A stretch of 64,000 bases of DNA from Syntrophales bacterium (GTDB taxonomy: Bacteria > Desulfobacterota > Syntrophia > Syntrophales > UBA4778). The position numbers and the translations under genes were made by a program. The stretch spans positions 201,151 to 265,150 of the forward strand of contig CAXXQE010000001.1 of the NCBI GenBank assembly GCA_963665615.2. The letters run 5' to 3'. The notes under the pieces were generated by a model. The model saw only the letters and a list, made by a program, of their open reading frames with translations. It did no database searches and had not been told where the DNA came from. Within the stretch, counting starts at the first letter, position 1. The number at the start of each line of letters is the position of its first letter. Below are positions 19,266 to 28,036 of this stretch, piece by piece.

Positions 19266-19616
19266 GTGAGCGCAAACGAACCAAATACCTTTCGGGTACC
19301 TTACTTCCGAACGATAGCAGGTGTTAAGGTTCAGTTCGATGGGCAGGGGTTCTTTATGAATCCCGCCCAATGGACGGAAGAAATCTTTGAGGTATTGGCC
19401 CATGAGGCGGGAATAGAAGAGATCAGTGAAAAACACTGGGCGGTGGTTCGCTTTATTCGTAAATTCTATACGGAACGGGGAACGCCCCCTTTGAATCATC
19501 ACCTTAAAGTCGGCACTGGTTTCAGTTTGACAGAACTGGAAACATTGTTCCCCGGCGGCATAAAAGATGGCGCCCGCAAGCTTTCTGGCCTGCGGGGGCC
19601 AAAGGCTTGTAACTGA
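19266..19616 (+). CDS. TusE/DsrC-family sulfur-relay-like protein (single C-terminal Cys)
   Basis: 116 aa with a GTG start. Family hallmarks: F.DGQGFFMNPAQWTEE, HWAVVRFIRKFY and the C-terminus ..GLRGPKACN, with one Cys at the antepenultimate position. The second DsrC Cys, about 10 residues upstream, is absent. Confidence 0.75.
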   Translation: MSANEPNTFRVPYFRTIAGVKVQFDGQGFFMNPAQWTEEIFEVLAHEAGIEEISEKHWAVVRFIRKFYTERGTPPLNHHLKVGTGFSLTELETLFPGGIKDGARKLSGLRGPKACN

Positions 19617-19735
19617 TAAAGCAAAAGCTTGTCTTTCTGCTGACAGGGGATTTTGCCAAAGGCTCTATTTTCAACCTGTCGCATTTTAAGAAAAACTTAT
19701 GGTTTAGATTTTTTTGGACTACGTTGGATCATGAT

Positions 19736-20086
19736 TGGTGGAGGTGGCGGGAATCGAACCCGCGTCCGAAAATATTCCACTGGAGCGTCTACATGCTTAT
19801 CCTTCGTTTTGCATTCGCAACCGGCAGCTCCCGAAGGCGGGATTTACCGGAAACTATCCTGTAAGGGGTTCGCCTTTCCGTTTACAGGCATCGTGGATCG
19901 GCTATCCTGCAATTATGACGCCCTTTACCGGCCTTGCAGGCGAGACCGGGAGAACGTAGCCGTCTAAGCGGCTAAAGCGTAATCGTAATTTGCGCTTAAA
20001 TGTTTTCTGCCTGTTTTACGAGGCCTGGCAGCACCTCGGCATGCAACTCGCAGCTTCACTATCCCCGTCGAAACCAGTGCACCCCC
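19736..20086 (-). ncRNA. ssrA: tmRNA (SsrA)
   Basis: On the minus strand, the 5' end reads GGGGGUGCACUGGUUUCGACGGGGAUAG. The 3' end reads GGACGCGGGUUCGAUUCCCGCCACCUCCACCA. The internal tag reading frame GCA AAU UAC GAU UAC GCU UUA GCC GCU UAG encodes ANYDYALAA. It lies downstream of smpB. Confidence 0.95.
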
Positions 20087-20183
20087 ATATTTTAGAAAGT
20101 TATTCGTGGATCTTTATTATCTCAATATAAGGCAGCGGCGCGGGAAAGTCAACCCCGCCCGGCTTTAACGGAGAGGGTAAGCA

Positions 20184-20341
20184 GTCACGCGTGACAAGTT
20201 ACAAGTGACGGGTAACGATTCTGGCATATTTCCTCTTGTCTAATCCCCTCGTTCTGGAAAAACCTGGAGCCGCGACTGCGCGGGGATGACATGAAACATC
20301 AGGCTATTAATACTTGTTACTTGTAACTCGTCACTTGTTAC
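20184..20341. repeat. Composite palindromic element bounded by inverted GTNACRR heptad arrays
   Basis: 20184-20218 reads GTCACGC GTGACAA GTTACAA GTGACGG GTAACGA. 20314-20341 is the inverse array TTGTTAC TTGTAAC TCGTCAC TTGTTAC. The core contains the imperfect inverted repeat ATCCCCTCG / CGCGGGGAT. Confidence 0.8.
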
Positions 20342-20361
20342 TGCGGTGTGAGCCGCCGCAA

Positions 20362-20823
20362 CTATTTTTTCATTGCCCGATCCATTTCCCGCCTGTCTGC
20401 CTTTTCCCTGAGGGTTTCGCGCTTGTCGTGGAGTTTCTTGCCCTTGCCGACGCCGAGTTCGAGTTTGACGCGACCGTTTTTGAAGTACATCTTCAGCGGC
20501 ACCAACGCCATTCCCCTTTCGCGGGATTTGCCATAGAGCTTGTTGATCTCCCGGTTGTGCAGCAGGAGTTTGCGCGTCCGCAGAGGATCGTGATTGCCGC
20601 GATTGCCGTGGGAGTATGGGCTGATGTGGATGTCGTAGGCGAAGACCTCGCCGTGCTCGACCAGGGCATACGAATCCTTGAGATTGACCTTGCCCTCGCG
20701 GATGGCCTTGACCTCGGTTCCCGAGAGGACCATGCCGGCTTCGTAGGTTTCCTCGATGGTATAATTGAGCCGCGCTGTCTTGTTGGAAGCGATCAGTTTT
20801 TCACCGCTGTTCTTCTTTGCCAT
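20362..20823 (-). CDS. smpB: SsrA-binding protein SmpB
   Basis: 153 aa. Motifs: [40 protein letters not shown] and a basic C-terminal tail. It is adjacent to ssrA. Confidence 0.95.
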   Translation of the reverse strand: MAKKNSGEKLIASNKTARLNYTIEETYEAGMVLSGTEVKAIREGKVNLKDSYALVEHGEVFAYDIHISPYSHGNRGNHDPLRTRKLLLHNREINKLYGKSRERGMALVPLKMYFKNGRVKLELGVGKGKKLHDKRETLREKADRREMDRAMKK

Positions 20824-20837
20824 TTTAAAACTTTCTG

Positions 20838-21031
20838 GTGACGAGTAACGAGTAACAAGTGACGAGAAAAATATGTTTTGGGGTCATTAGGGCTGTTCTG
20901 GGGGACTTGCCGGAGAAGGCAGTGAAACAATCTGAACAACAAGATTGCTTCGTCACTCCGTTCCTCGCAATGACCGGGATATGGGTTTTGGCAAGTCCCT
21001 TACCTGTCACCCGTTACTTGTCACTTGTTAC
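20838..21031. repeat. Composite palindromic element bounded by inverted GTNACRR heptad arrays
   Basis: 20838-20865 reads GTGACGA GTAACGA GTAACAA GTGACGA. 21004-21031 is the inverse array CTGTCAC CCGTTAC TTGTCAC TTGTTAC. There is an inner inverted repeat GGGACTTGCC (20896-20905) / GGCAAGTCCC (20990-20999). The core carries one arm of the CGCAATGAC element. Confidence 0.8.
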
Positions 21032-21823
21032 TTCTTCTTTGATCATCTTCGGGCTCTGTACCCCGAACCCTGAATTCTTTCCTGCCCCCGGCATGTAATC
21101 GGGCTTCACATGATACATCGCACGAAAGATATTGTCGCGTATCTTTTGATTGCCGCGCACCTCCAACTCGTTAAGCAGTTCTTTGATTTCGTTACGCTTG
21201 GAGGTCCGGCTGGTTGGGCAGCCGTTTGTCACAATGGGGAACTCCTGCTCCCGGGCGTACTTTTTGACGAGCTCTTCGCGGATATAAGCCAGAGGACGGA
21301 TGATGCTCATCTTGCCGCCGAAGATGACCTGGTTGGGCACCATGGTGCTGATCTCCCGGCCATAGAAGAGATTGATCAGCAGGGTCTCGATCAGGTCGTC
21401 GCGATGATGGGCCAGGACGATTTTGTTGCAGTTGTGTTCATCGGCGATCTCGAAGAGCCGTTTGCGTCTCAGCCGCGCACAGAGAAAACAGGGATTCTTC
21501 TTGTTGAAGTCGCTATGGGACAGGGGGCCGATATCGGTCCGGTCGATGATGTAGTTGTAGCCCTGTTCCTTCAAATAACTTTCCAGAATGACGCTTCCAC
21601 GTCCCTCGTCGAACCCCAGGTCGATATGTGCAGCCAGCAGACTGAAATCGTTCGGGACGTGCAGCATCGAGGTGTTGAGCAGGTCCAATAGGGCCGTGCT
21701 GTCGGCTCCGCCAGAGACGCCGACGAGGAGCCGGTCCTCTGCCTTGATCATGTTGTAATCCATCGCTGCCTTCTCCAACCATTTTTTCAGATGGAGAAAG
21801 AGCTTTGTTCTCTTGCGCACCAT
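21014..21823 (-). CDS. ttcA: PP-loop ATPase, tRNA 2-thiocytidine biosynthesis protein TtcA-like
   Basis: 269 aa. PP-loop VGVSGGADSTALL and Cys pairs CFLCARLRR and NGCPTSR. The last codons (..VTSDK stop) are encoded by the heptad repeat array. Confidence 0.75.
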   Translation of the reverse strand: MVRKRTKLFLHLKKWLEKAAMDYNMIKAEDRLLVGVSGGADSTALLDLLNTSMLHVPNDFSLLAAHIDLGFDEGRGSVILESYLKEQGYNYIIDRTDIGPLSHSDFNKKNPCFLCARLRRKRLFEIADEHNCNKIVLAHHRDDLIETLLINLFYGREISTMVPNQVIFGGKMSIIRPLAYIREELVKKYAREQEFPIVTNGCPTSRTSKRNEIKELLNELEVRGNQKIRDNIFRAMYHVKPDYMPGAGKNSGFGVQSPKMIKEEVTSDK

Positions 21824-21871
21824 TATTTTGTCCAGTGTCTCTTAATAGGGTGCTACCCCCCTTAAGTCATG

Positions 21872-21995
21872 CAGGCTGTTCAAAAAGGCTCAGAGACAAG
21901 GCGCGGAAGGACCGGGAAGCGGAGCGTATAAGTCAACACGTGAAACACCACGGCCCGGAACGCAACGCAGGATATGAGCCTTTTTGAACAGCCTG
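21872..21995. repeat. Hairpin element with perfect 21-bp terminal inverted repeats
   Basis: CAGGCTGTTCAAAAAGGCTCA (21872-21892) is the exact reverse complement of TGAGCCTTTTTGAACAGCCTG (21975-21995). The spacer is 82 bp. It lies in the divergent ttcA/eno intergenic region. Confidence 0.85.
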
Positions 21996-22212
21996 GAGGT
22001 GGCACTATACTTGAAACCCCTTGCAATCGCAAGAGATAGTAAAATCAGCCTGTTTCCGTCTCGCTTGTTGATTCTTTTTTGTCTTTGGTGTAGGTTTAGT
22101 CACCATCTGGTCTTTCTATAACTTGAGTCGTTTCGTTTTTATCCGGTTACCCATCAAGCAGGCAAAGCATCATGCTGGCGATCACTTTGTATTGCTCTTA
22201 AGCGAACAATAA

Positions 22213-23565
<1,353 letters not shown>

Positions 23566-23586
23566 ACGGATCTGTTAAACGTTTTA

Positions 23587-23631
23587 CCTGCGGTCATTGT
23601 CCGCTTTGGGGAATGGCCGCAGGTTTTTTTT
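23587..23631 (+). terminator. Rho-independent terminator after eno
   Basis: Stem CTGCGGTCATT / AATGGCCGCAG (one mismatch) followed by a T9 run. Confidence 0.7.
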
Positions 23632-23665
23632 GCTTACCAATACATATGGTCAGGGGGCGGAAGGC

Positions 23666-24877
23666 ATGCTGACGGAAGGTCAGAAGCTCGAAGGCCTGAT
23701 TAATCTGGGGATTGAACTCAATCAGATTAAGGACCCCGATATCCTGATGGAGCATCTCCTTCGGGAGGCCCGGCGGTTCGTCGAAGCGGACGCGGGGTCC
23801 ATCTACAGCCGGGAAGGCGAGCGCCTCATTTTCGGTTACAGCCAGAACGACACCCTTGAGCGGCGGTTGCTGCCCGGCGAAAAACTGCCCTACCACGTTT
23901 TCAATCTTCCCATTGCCGCTGACTCCATCGCGGGGTATTGCGCTTTTACCGGAGAGATCTTCAATATTCCGGATGCCTATCGAATCGATCCTGATGCGCC
24001 TTACCGTTTCAAACCGGTCTTCGACGAGGAGGCCAGTTATCTTACCCGTTCGATTCTTGCTATGCCGCTGAAATCCCTCCGAGGAAACGTGCTGGGTGTT
24101 TTGCAGGTCATTAACCGCCAAAATGAAGACGGCAAGATTGTCGCATTCTCACGCCAAGACGAGAAGATGATGGCACATTTTTCCGGGATGGCGGCGGTGA
24201 TGCTGGAACGTGCGCAACTGATGCGCGGTATACTTATGCGGATGATCCGGATGGCGGAATTGCGCGATCCGGAAGAGACGGCTTCTCATGTGAATCGGGT
24301 GGCGAGCTATGCAGTCGAGATTTATGAGCGATGGGCGCGTCTGCACGGCCTGTCGGAATGGGAAATCAACGCCGGGCGCGATACGCTGCGCATGGCCGCC
24401 ATGCTGCATGATGTGGGCAAGATCGCCATTTCGGATACCATTTTGCGTAAGCCGGACCGGCTTACGGCTGATGAATACGAAGTGATGAAGACGCATACCT
24501 GTTTGGGAGCGGCCCTGTTTTCGATGGACGGTTCCGATTTAGACCGGGCCTCCGCGGAGGTGGCGCTTAATCACCATGAATGCTGGAACGGTTCGGGGTA
24601 TCCCGGTGTTGTTGTCGAGACGGCAGACGGATGCCGGGTACGGGGGAAAAAAGGCGAAGAAATACCGCTTTTTGGACGAATTGTTGCTCTTTGCGATGTT
24701 TACGATGCCCTTGTGAGCTGTCGCCCCTATAAAAACGCTTGGCAGGAATCCCAGGTTATTGACACCCTCAAAGCAGGTTCCGGCCGCCAGTTCGATCCCC
24801 TCCTGATAGACATTTTTCTTTCCGCATTGCCATCGATTCGGCTTCTCGGTAAGCGGTACCCTGACGAAAATCAATAA
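23666..24877 (+). CDS. GAF domain + HD-GYP domain protein (putative c-di-GMP phosphodiesterase)
   Basis: ATG 23666 follows GGGGCGGAAGG and lies downstream of the eno terminator. HD-GYP motifs: AAMLHDVGKIAISD and HHECWNGSGYP. The N-terminal half is GAF-like. Confidence 0.8.
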   Translation: MLTEGQKLEGLINLGIELNQIKDPDILMEHLLREARRFVEADAGSIYSREGERLIFGYSQNDTLERRLLPGEKLPYHVFNLPIAADSIAGYCAFTGEIFNIPDAYRIDPDAPYRFKPVFDEEASYLTRSILAMPLKSLRGNVLGVLQVINRQNEDGKIVAFSRQDEKMMAHFSGMAAVMLERAQLMRGILMRMIRMAELRDPEETASHVNRVASYAVEIYERWARLHGLSEWEINAGRDTLRMAAMLHDVGKIAISDTILRKPDRLTADEYEVMKTHTCLGAALFSMDGSDLDRASAEVALNHHECWNGSGYPGVVVETADGCRVRGKKGEEIPLFGRIVALCDVYDALVSCRPYKNAWQESQVIDTLKAGSGRQFDPLLIDIFLSALPSIRLLGKRYPDENQ

Positions 24878-25014
24878 AACATTCAATAAATCAATCTGTT
24901 CCATTGAAATAGTTTTAGTAATTTTTCTCGTAAAATACGAGTTAAAGTGTTATGCTTACACGATGTACTCTACGCTTTTGCGGTAGGGGCTAAACATACA
25001 CAGGAGTTAAGTAT

Positions 25015-27168
25015 ATGAAAAATCTTGATGGTATTTTTTCACCTAGCAGTATTGCAGTTATCGGCGCCTCAACGACCCCTGGGAAGGTGGGACACGATAT
25101 ATTTGTGAACATCATGAGGGGCGGATACAAGGGCGTTCTGTATCCGGTCAATCCGGCCACGCGGTCGATCAACAGCATCCGGTCTTATGGGAGCATTGGC
25201 GAGATTCCGGAGAGCATCGACCTGGCCATGATTATTCTTCCTCCCAAGGCTGCTTTGAAGGCAGTCGATGAGTCGATCCAGAAGGGCGCGAAAGGCGTGG
25301 TCATCGTTTCCGCCGGCTTCCGTGAAGTTGGTCCCGAAGGGCTCGCCATTGAAAATCAGGTGGCGGGTCTCTGCCGCGAGGCCGGGGTGCCGCTGGTCGG
25401 TCCCAACTGTCTCGGCGTGATCAACCCCTTGCCCCAGATCAGCATGAACGCCAGTTTCTCGGCCAGAATGCCCGCCCTCGGCAACATCTCCTTTGTTTCT
25501 CAGAGTGGTGCGCTCTGCACCTCCGTGCTCGATTTTGCGGCACACCGTGATTTCGGATTCTCTAAGTTCATTTCCATCGGCAACAAGGCCGATGTCGACG
25601 AGACCGATGTTCTCGAGTATCTGTATCACGACCCCGATACGTCGGTTGTCATGGTTTATATCGAAGAGCTGCGCGATGGCGATCGCTTTGTCGAAGTGGT
25701 TCGCAGGATGACGGCCGGTGAAAGACGCATGCCCGTTTTGGTTATCAAGTCGGGTCGTACCAGCGCTGGCGCCAAGGCTGCCGCCTCCCATACCGGTGCG
25801 ATTGCAGGGACCGAGGCCGTCTACGATGCGATCTTCAAGCAGGCTGGCGTCATTCGCGTGGATACTGTCAACGACCTCTTCGATTATGCCAATGCCTTCT
25901 CGTTCAAACAGGAGAGCCCTGTCGGCAAGGTCAAGCGCAAGCTGCCTGCGGGCAACCGCGTGGCGATCGTCACCAACGCCGGCGGTCCGGGAATCATCGC
26001 TACGGACATGACCATTTCGTCTGATCTCGAATTGGCCGAATTGTCCGAGGAGACCGTCAGCTTCCTGAAAGAGCATCTGCCTTCATCCGCCAATTTTCAC
26101 AATCCGGTGGACGTTATCGGAGACGCCGGTTATGTACGCTATGAGAAGGCCATCGAGGGCGTTCTCAAGGACGACAATGTTGACGGCGTTCTGGTCGTTC
26201 TCACCCCGCAGTCGATGACCGATGCGAAGGGGACGGCGGAGGCCGTCGTCCGTTCCGCCCGGGGAACCAACAAGCCGATCGTCTGCTCCTTTATGGGGGT
26301 TGTCGATGTATCGGAAGGCGTCCGCTACTTGCAGCAGAACGGTTATCCGGTTTACCAGTTCCCTGAAAATGCGGCGAAGTCTCTGGGCGCCCTGAATCGT
26401 TATGCTGCATGGCTCACCCGGGAGGAGCTTCCGCCGTTCGATCTGAAACACAACAAAGCGCGCGCCAAGGAAATCATTGCGAAGGCTGTCGCAGCGGGAG
26501 AATCGGCTATCGCCGGCACGGAGGCTCTGGAAGTGCTGGAGTGCTATGGCTTTAGCGTGCCGAAGTCCGGCATTGCCAAGTCCGAAGACGAAGCGGTGAG
26601 TTTGGCGAAGATGAGCGGCTATCCCGTCGTTATGAAGATCGTGTCGCCTAAGATTCTTCACAAGAGCGACATCGGCGGCGTGGTGCTGAATGTAAAGGAT
26701 GAGGCCGGTGTCCGTGAGTCTTACAAGCGCATCATGGCCAATGCCCTGAAACACGCGTCGGCCGAGGATATCGAAGGGATCCTCGTTCAAAAGATGGTTC
26801 CCCAGGGCGAGGAAGTTCTCCTGGGAATCAACCGCTACGGGATCGGCACGTTGCTCGGCTTCGGCCTCGGCGGCGTCCTGGTCGAGCTCTTCAAGGACGT
26901 TGTCTTCCGTTTGGTGCCTGTCTCCAGAACAGAGGTCGCCAGCATGATTACGGAGATTAAGGGCTACAAGCTCCTGACCGGTTTCAGGGGCAGACCGAAA
27001 GCGGACATTCTGGCCATCGAAAAGGCGCTTGTCAGTCTATCCGATCTGGCGACGGATAATCCGGAGATCCTCGAGATGGATATCAATCCGCTCATGGTTC
27101 ATCCGGAAGGCCAGGGCGCGACGGTTGCCGACTGCCGGATCATCTTCAAGGCGGAAGGCGGTCACTGA
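25015..27168 (+). CDS. ADP-forming acetyl/acyl-CoA synthetase (fused alpha+beta: CoA-binding + ATP-grasp)
   Basis: 717 aa. The N-terminus has the CoA-binding motif SIAVIGAST.PGKVGH. The succinyl-CoA-synthetase-like core contains the AASHTGA phosphohistidine motif. The C-terminus is ATP-grasp (YPVVMKIVSPKILHKSDIGGV). Confidence 0.85.
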   Translation: MKNLDGIFSPSSIAVIGASTTPGKVGHDIFVNIMRGGYKGVLYPVNPATRSINSIRSYGSIGEIPESIDLAMIILPPKAALKAVDESIQKGAKGVVIVSAGFREVGPEGLAIENQVAGLCREAGVPLVGPNCLGVINPLPQISMNASFSARMPALGNISFVSQSGALCTSVLDFAAHRDFGFSKFISIGNKADVDETDVLEYLYHDPDTSVVMVYIEELRDGDRFVEVVRRMTAGERRMPVLVIKSGRTSAGAKAAASHTGAIAGTEAVYDAIFKQAGVIRVDTVNDLFDYANAFSFKQESPVGKVKRKLPAGNRVAIVTNAGGPGIIATDMTISSDLELAELSEETVSFLKEHLPSSANFHNPVDVIGDAGYVRYEKAIEGVLKDDNVDGVLVVLTPQSMTDAKGTAEAVVRSARGTNKPIVCSFMGVVDVSEGVRYLQQNGYPVYQFPENAAKSLGALNRYAAWLTREELPPFDLKHNKARAKEIIAKAVAAGESAIAGTEALEVLECYGFSVPKSGIAKSEDEAVSLAKMSGYPVVMKIVSPKILHKSDIGGVVLNVKDEAGVRESYKRIMANALKHASAEDIEGILVQKMVPQGEEVLLGINRYGIGTLLGFGLGGVLVELFKDVVFRLVPVSRTEVASMITEIKGYKLLTGFRGRPKADILAIEKALVSLSDLATDNPEILEMDINPLMVHPEGQGATVADCRIIFKAEGGH

Positions 27169-27185
27169 TTGCAGCTAATGCCGCA

Positions 27186-27213
27186 GTGACGGGTAACGAG
27201 TGACAAGTTACAA
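27186..27213 (+). repeat. GTNACRR heptad array (solo)
   Basis: GTGACGG GTAACGA GTGACAA GTTACAA, directly upstream of a terminator hairpin. Confidence 0.75.
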
Positions 27214-27215
27214 GT

Positions 27216-27247
27216 AAAAAAGGGGCTCCGAGAGGAGCCCCTTTTTT
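27216..27247. terminator. Bidirectional rho-independent terminator
   Basis: AAAAAA GGGGCTCC GAGA GGAGCCCC TTTTTT, between convergent genes. Confidence 0.85.
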
Positions 27248-27293
27248 GTACAGGAATGGATAAACCGGATGCGGTCACATGCTTCTTTTTTGA

Positions 27294-27989
27294 TTATTCT
27301 TGCGACATCTGAAAATGGTACCAGTTTCTGGCGTTAAATAACTCCTTAACGGTTGCTGCTGCGGCCTCTACGTCGATATTTTCCATATTGATGACCACGT
27401 CGTAGTTGACGGGATCGGTGAGGTCTGCGTGAAAGTACTGGCGGATAAAGGCCCGCCGCTCTGATTCCACCTTCATGACGTTACGCCTGGCCTCTGCCTC
27501 GGAGACGGAAAAGGTTTTCATGATATTCCGGATTCTCTTTTCCAGGGGGGCCGTCACCAAGACGCGCAGACTGACGGTCTTGGGGAGGATGAATCCGGCG
27601 CCGCGTCCGACGATCACTGCATAACCATGTGCGCCGATAACGGCAATCACCGAGGTCAACTGCTGTAAATATTCATAAGACCACATATGGTCTTCGCCCA
27701 GTGCGGCGATCCATTCGTCAAAGATGGAACGATCCTGGTCGTCAAGGGTTTCAACGATCCGCTTGCTGATATGGGCGTTTTGAGAGATTTGTTCGACGAT
27801 CTCCTGATCAAACAGATCGATATGCAGATCCTCAGACAGTTTCTTGGCGAGCTCTCCGCCGTACGCACCGGGCAGTCGCGACAGGGTGATGACGGGTCTC
27901 AGGGGATTTTTGTATTTTTTCCCTTGCTCAATTTGCCATTTGTGAATCTGATCTTCAATCAGTGTTTCAAATGAAGGGTGGGAATCCAT
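27294..27989 (-). CDS. Cytidylate-kinase-like family protein
   Basis: 231 aa. ITLSRLPGAYGGELAKKLSEDLHIDLFDQEIV resembles the cytidylate-kinase-like (AAA_18/Cytidylate_kin2) family. No catalytic assignment is possible. Confidence 0.6.
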   Translation of the reverse strand: MDSHPSFETLIEDQIHKWQIEQGKKYKNPLRPVITLSRLPGAYGGELAKKLSEDLHIDLFDQEIVEQISQNAHISKRIVETLDDQDRSIFDEWIAALGEDHMWSYEYLQQLTSVIAVIGAHGYAVIVGRGAGFILPKTVSLRVLVTAPLEKRIRNIMKTFSVSEAEARRNVMKVESERRAFIRQYFHADLTDPVNYDVVINMENIDVEAAAATVKELFNARNWYHFQMSQE

Positions 27990-28036
27990 TTAATTCTCCT
28001 TTCCGGTTGAGGCACTCGGTATAAATAGGTAAGAAC

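Noticed and set aside
19617-19735. Integrase or att-site evidence that the left-hand cluster is an ssrA-integrated island.
   Set aside because: No integrase gene and no duplicated ssrA 3' segment were seen anywhere in the window. I kept this only as a hypothesis inside the cluster-level finding.
20184-21031. Whether the heptad arrays or other repeats form a CRISPR array.
   Set aside because: The units are 7 bp and directly abutting, with no spacers. No direct repeats of 24-48 bp with unique spacers, and no cas genes, are present anywhere in the window.
25069-26076. Long antisense ORFs opposite well-supported genes. Examples: 25069..26076(-), 26083..26790(-), 20314..20841(+), 21110..21691(+), 37948..38661(+), 38669..39367(+), 39832..40569(+), 5972..6592(-), 8251..9015(-), 49224..49871(-), 49890..50546(-), 59084..59743(-), 60030..60695(-), 60986..61564(-), 63203..63757(-).
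   Set aside because: Each lies fully inside a gene on the other strand whose product has clear family motifs. Their translations are Arg/Gly/Asp-rich and low-complexity, with no motifs. These are typical shadow ORFs of GC-rich coding DNA.
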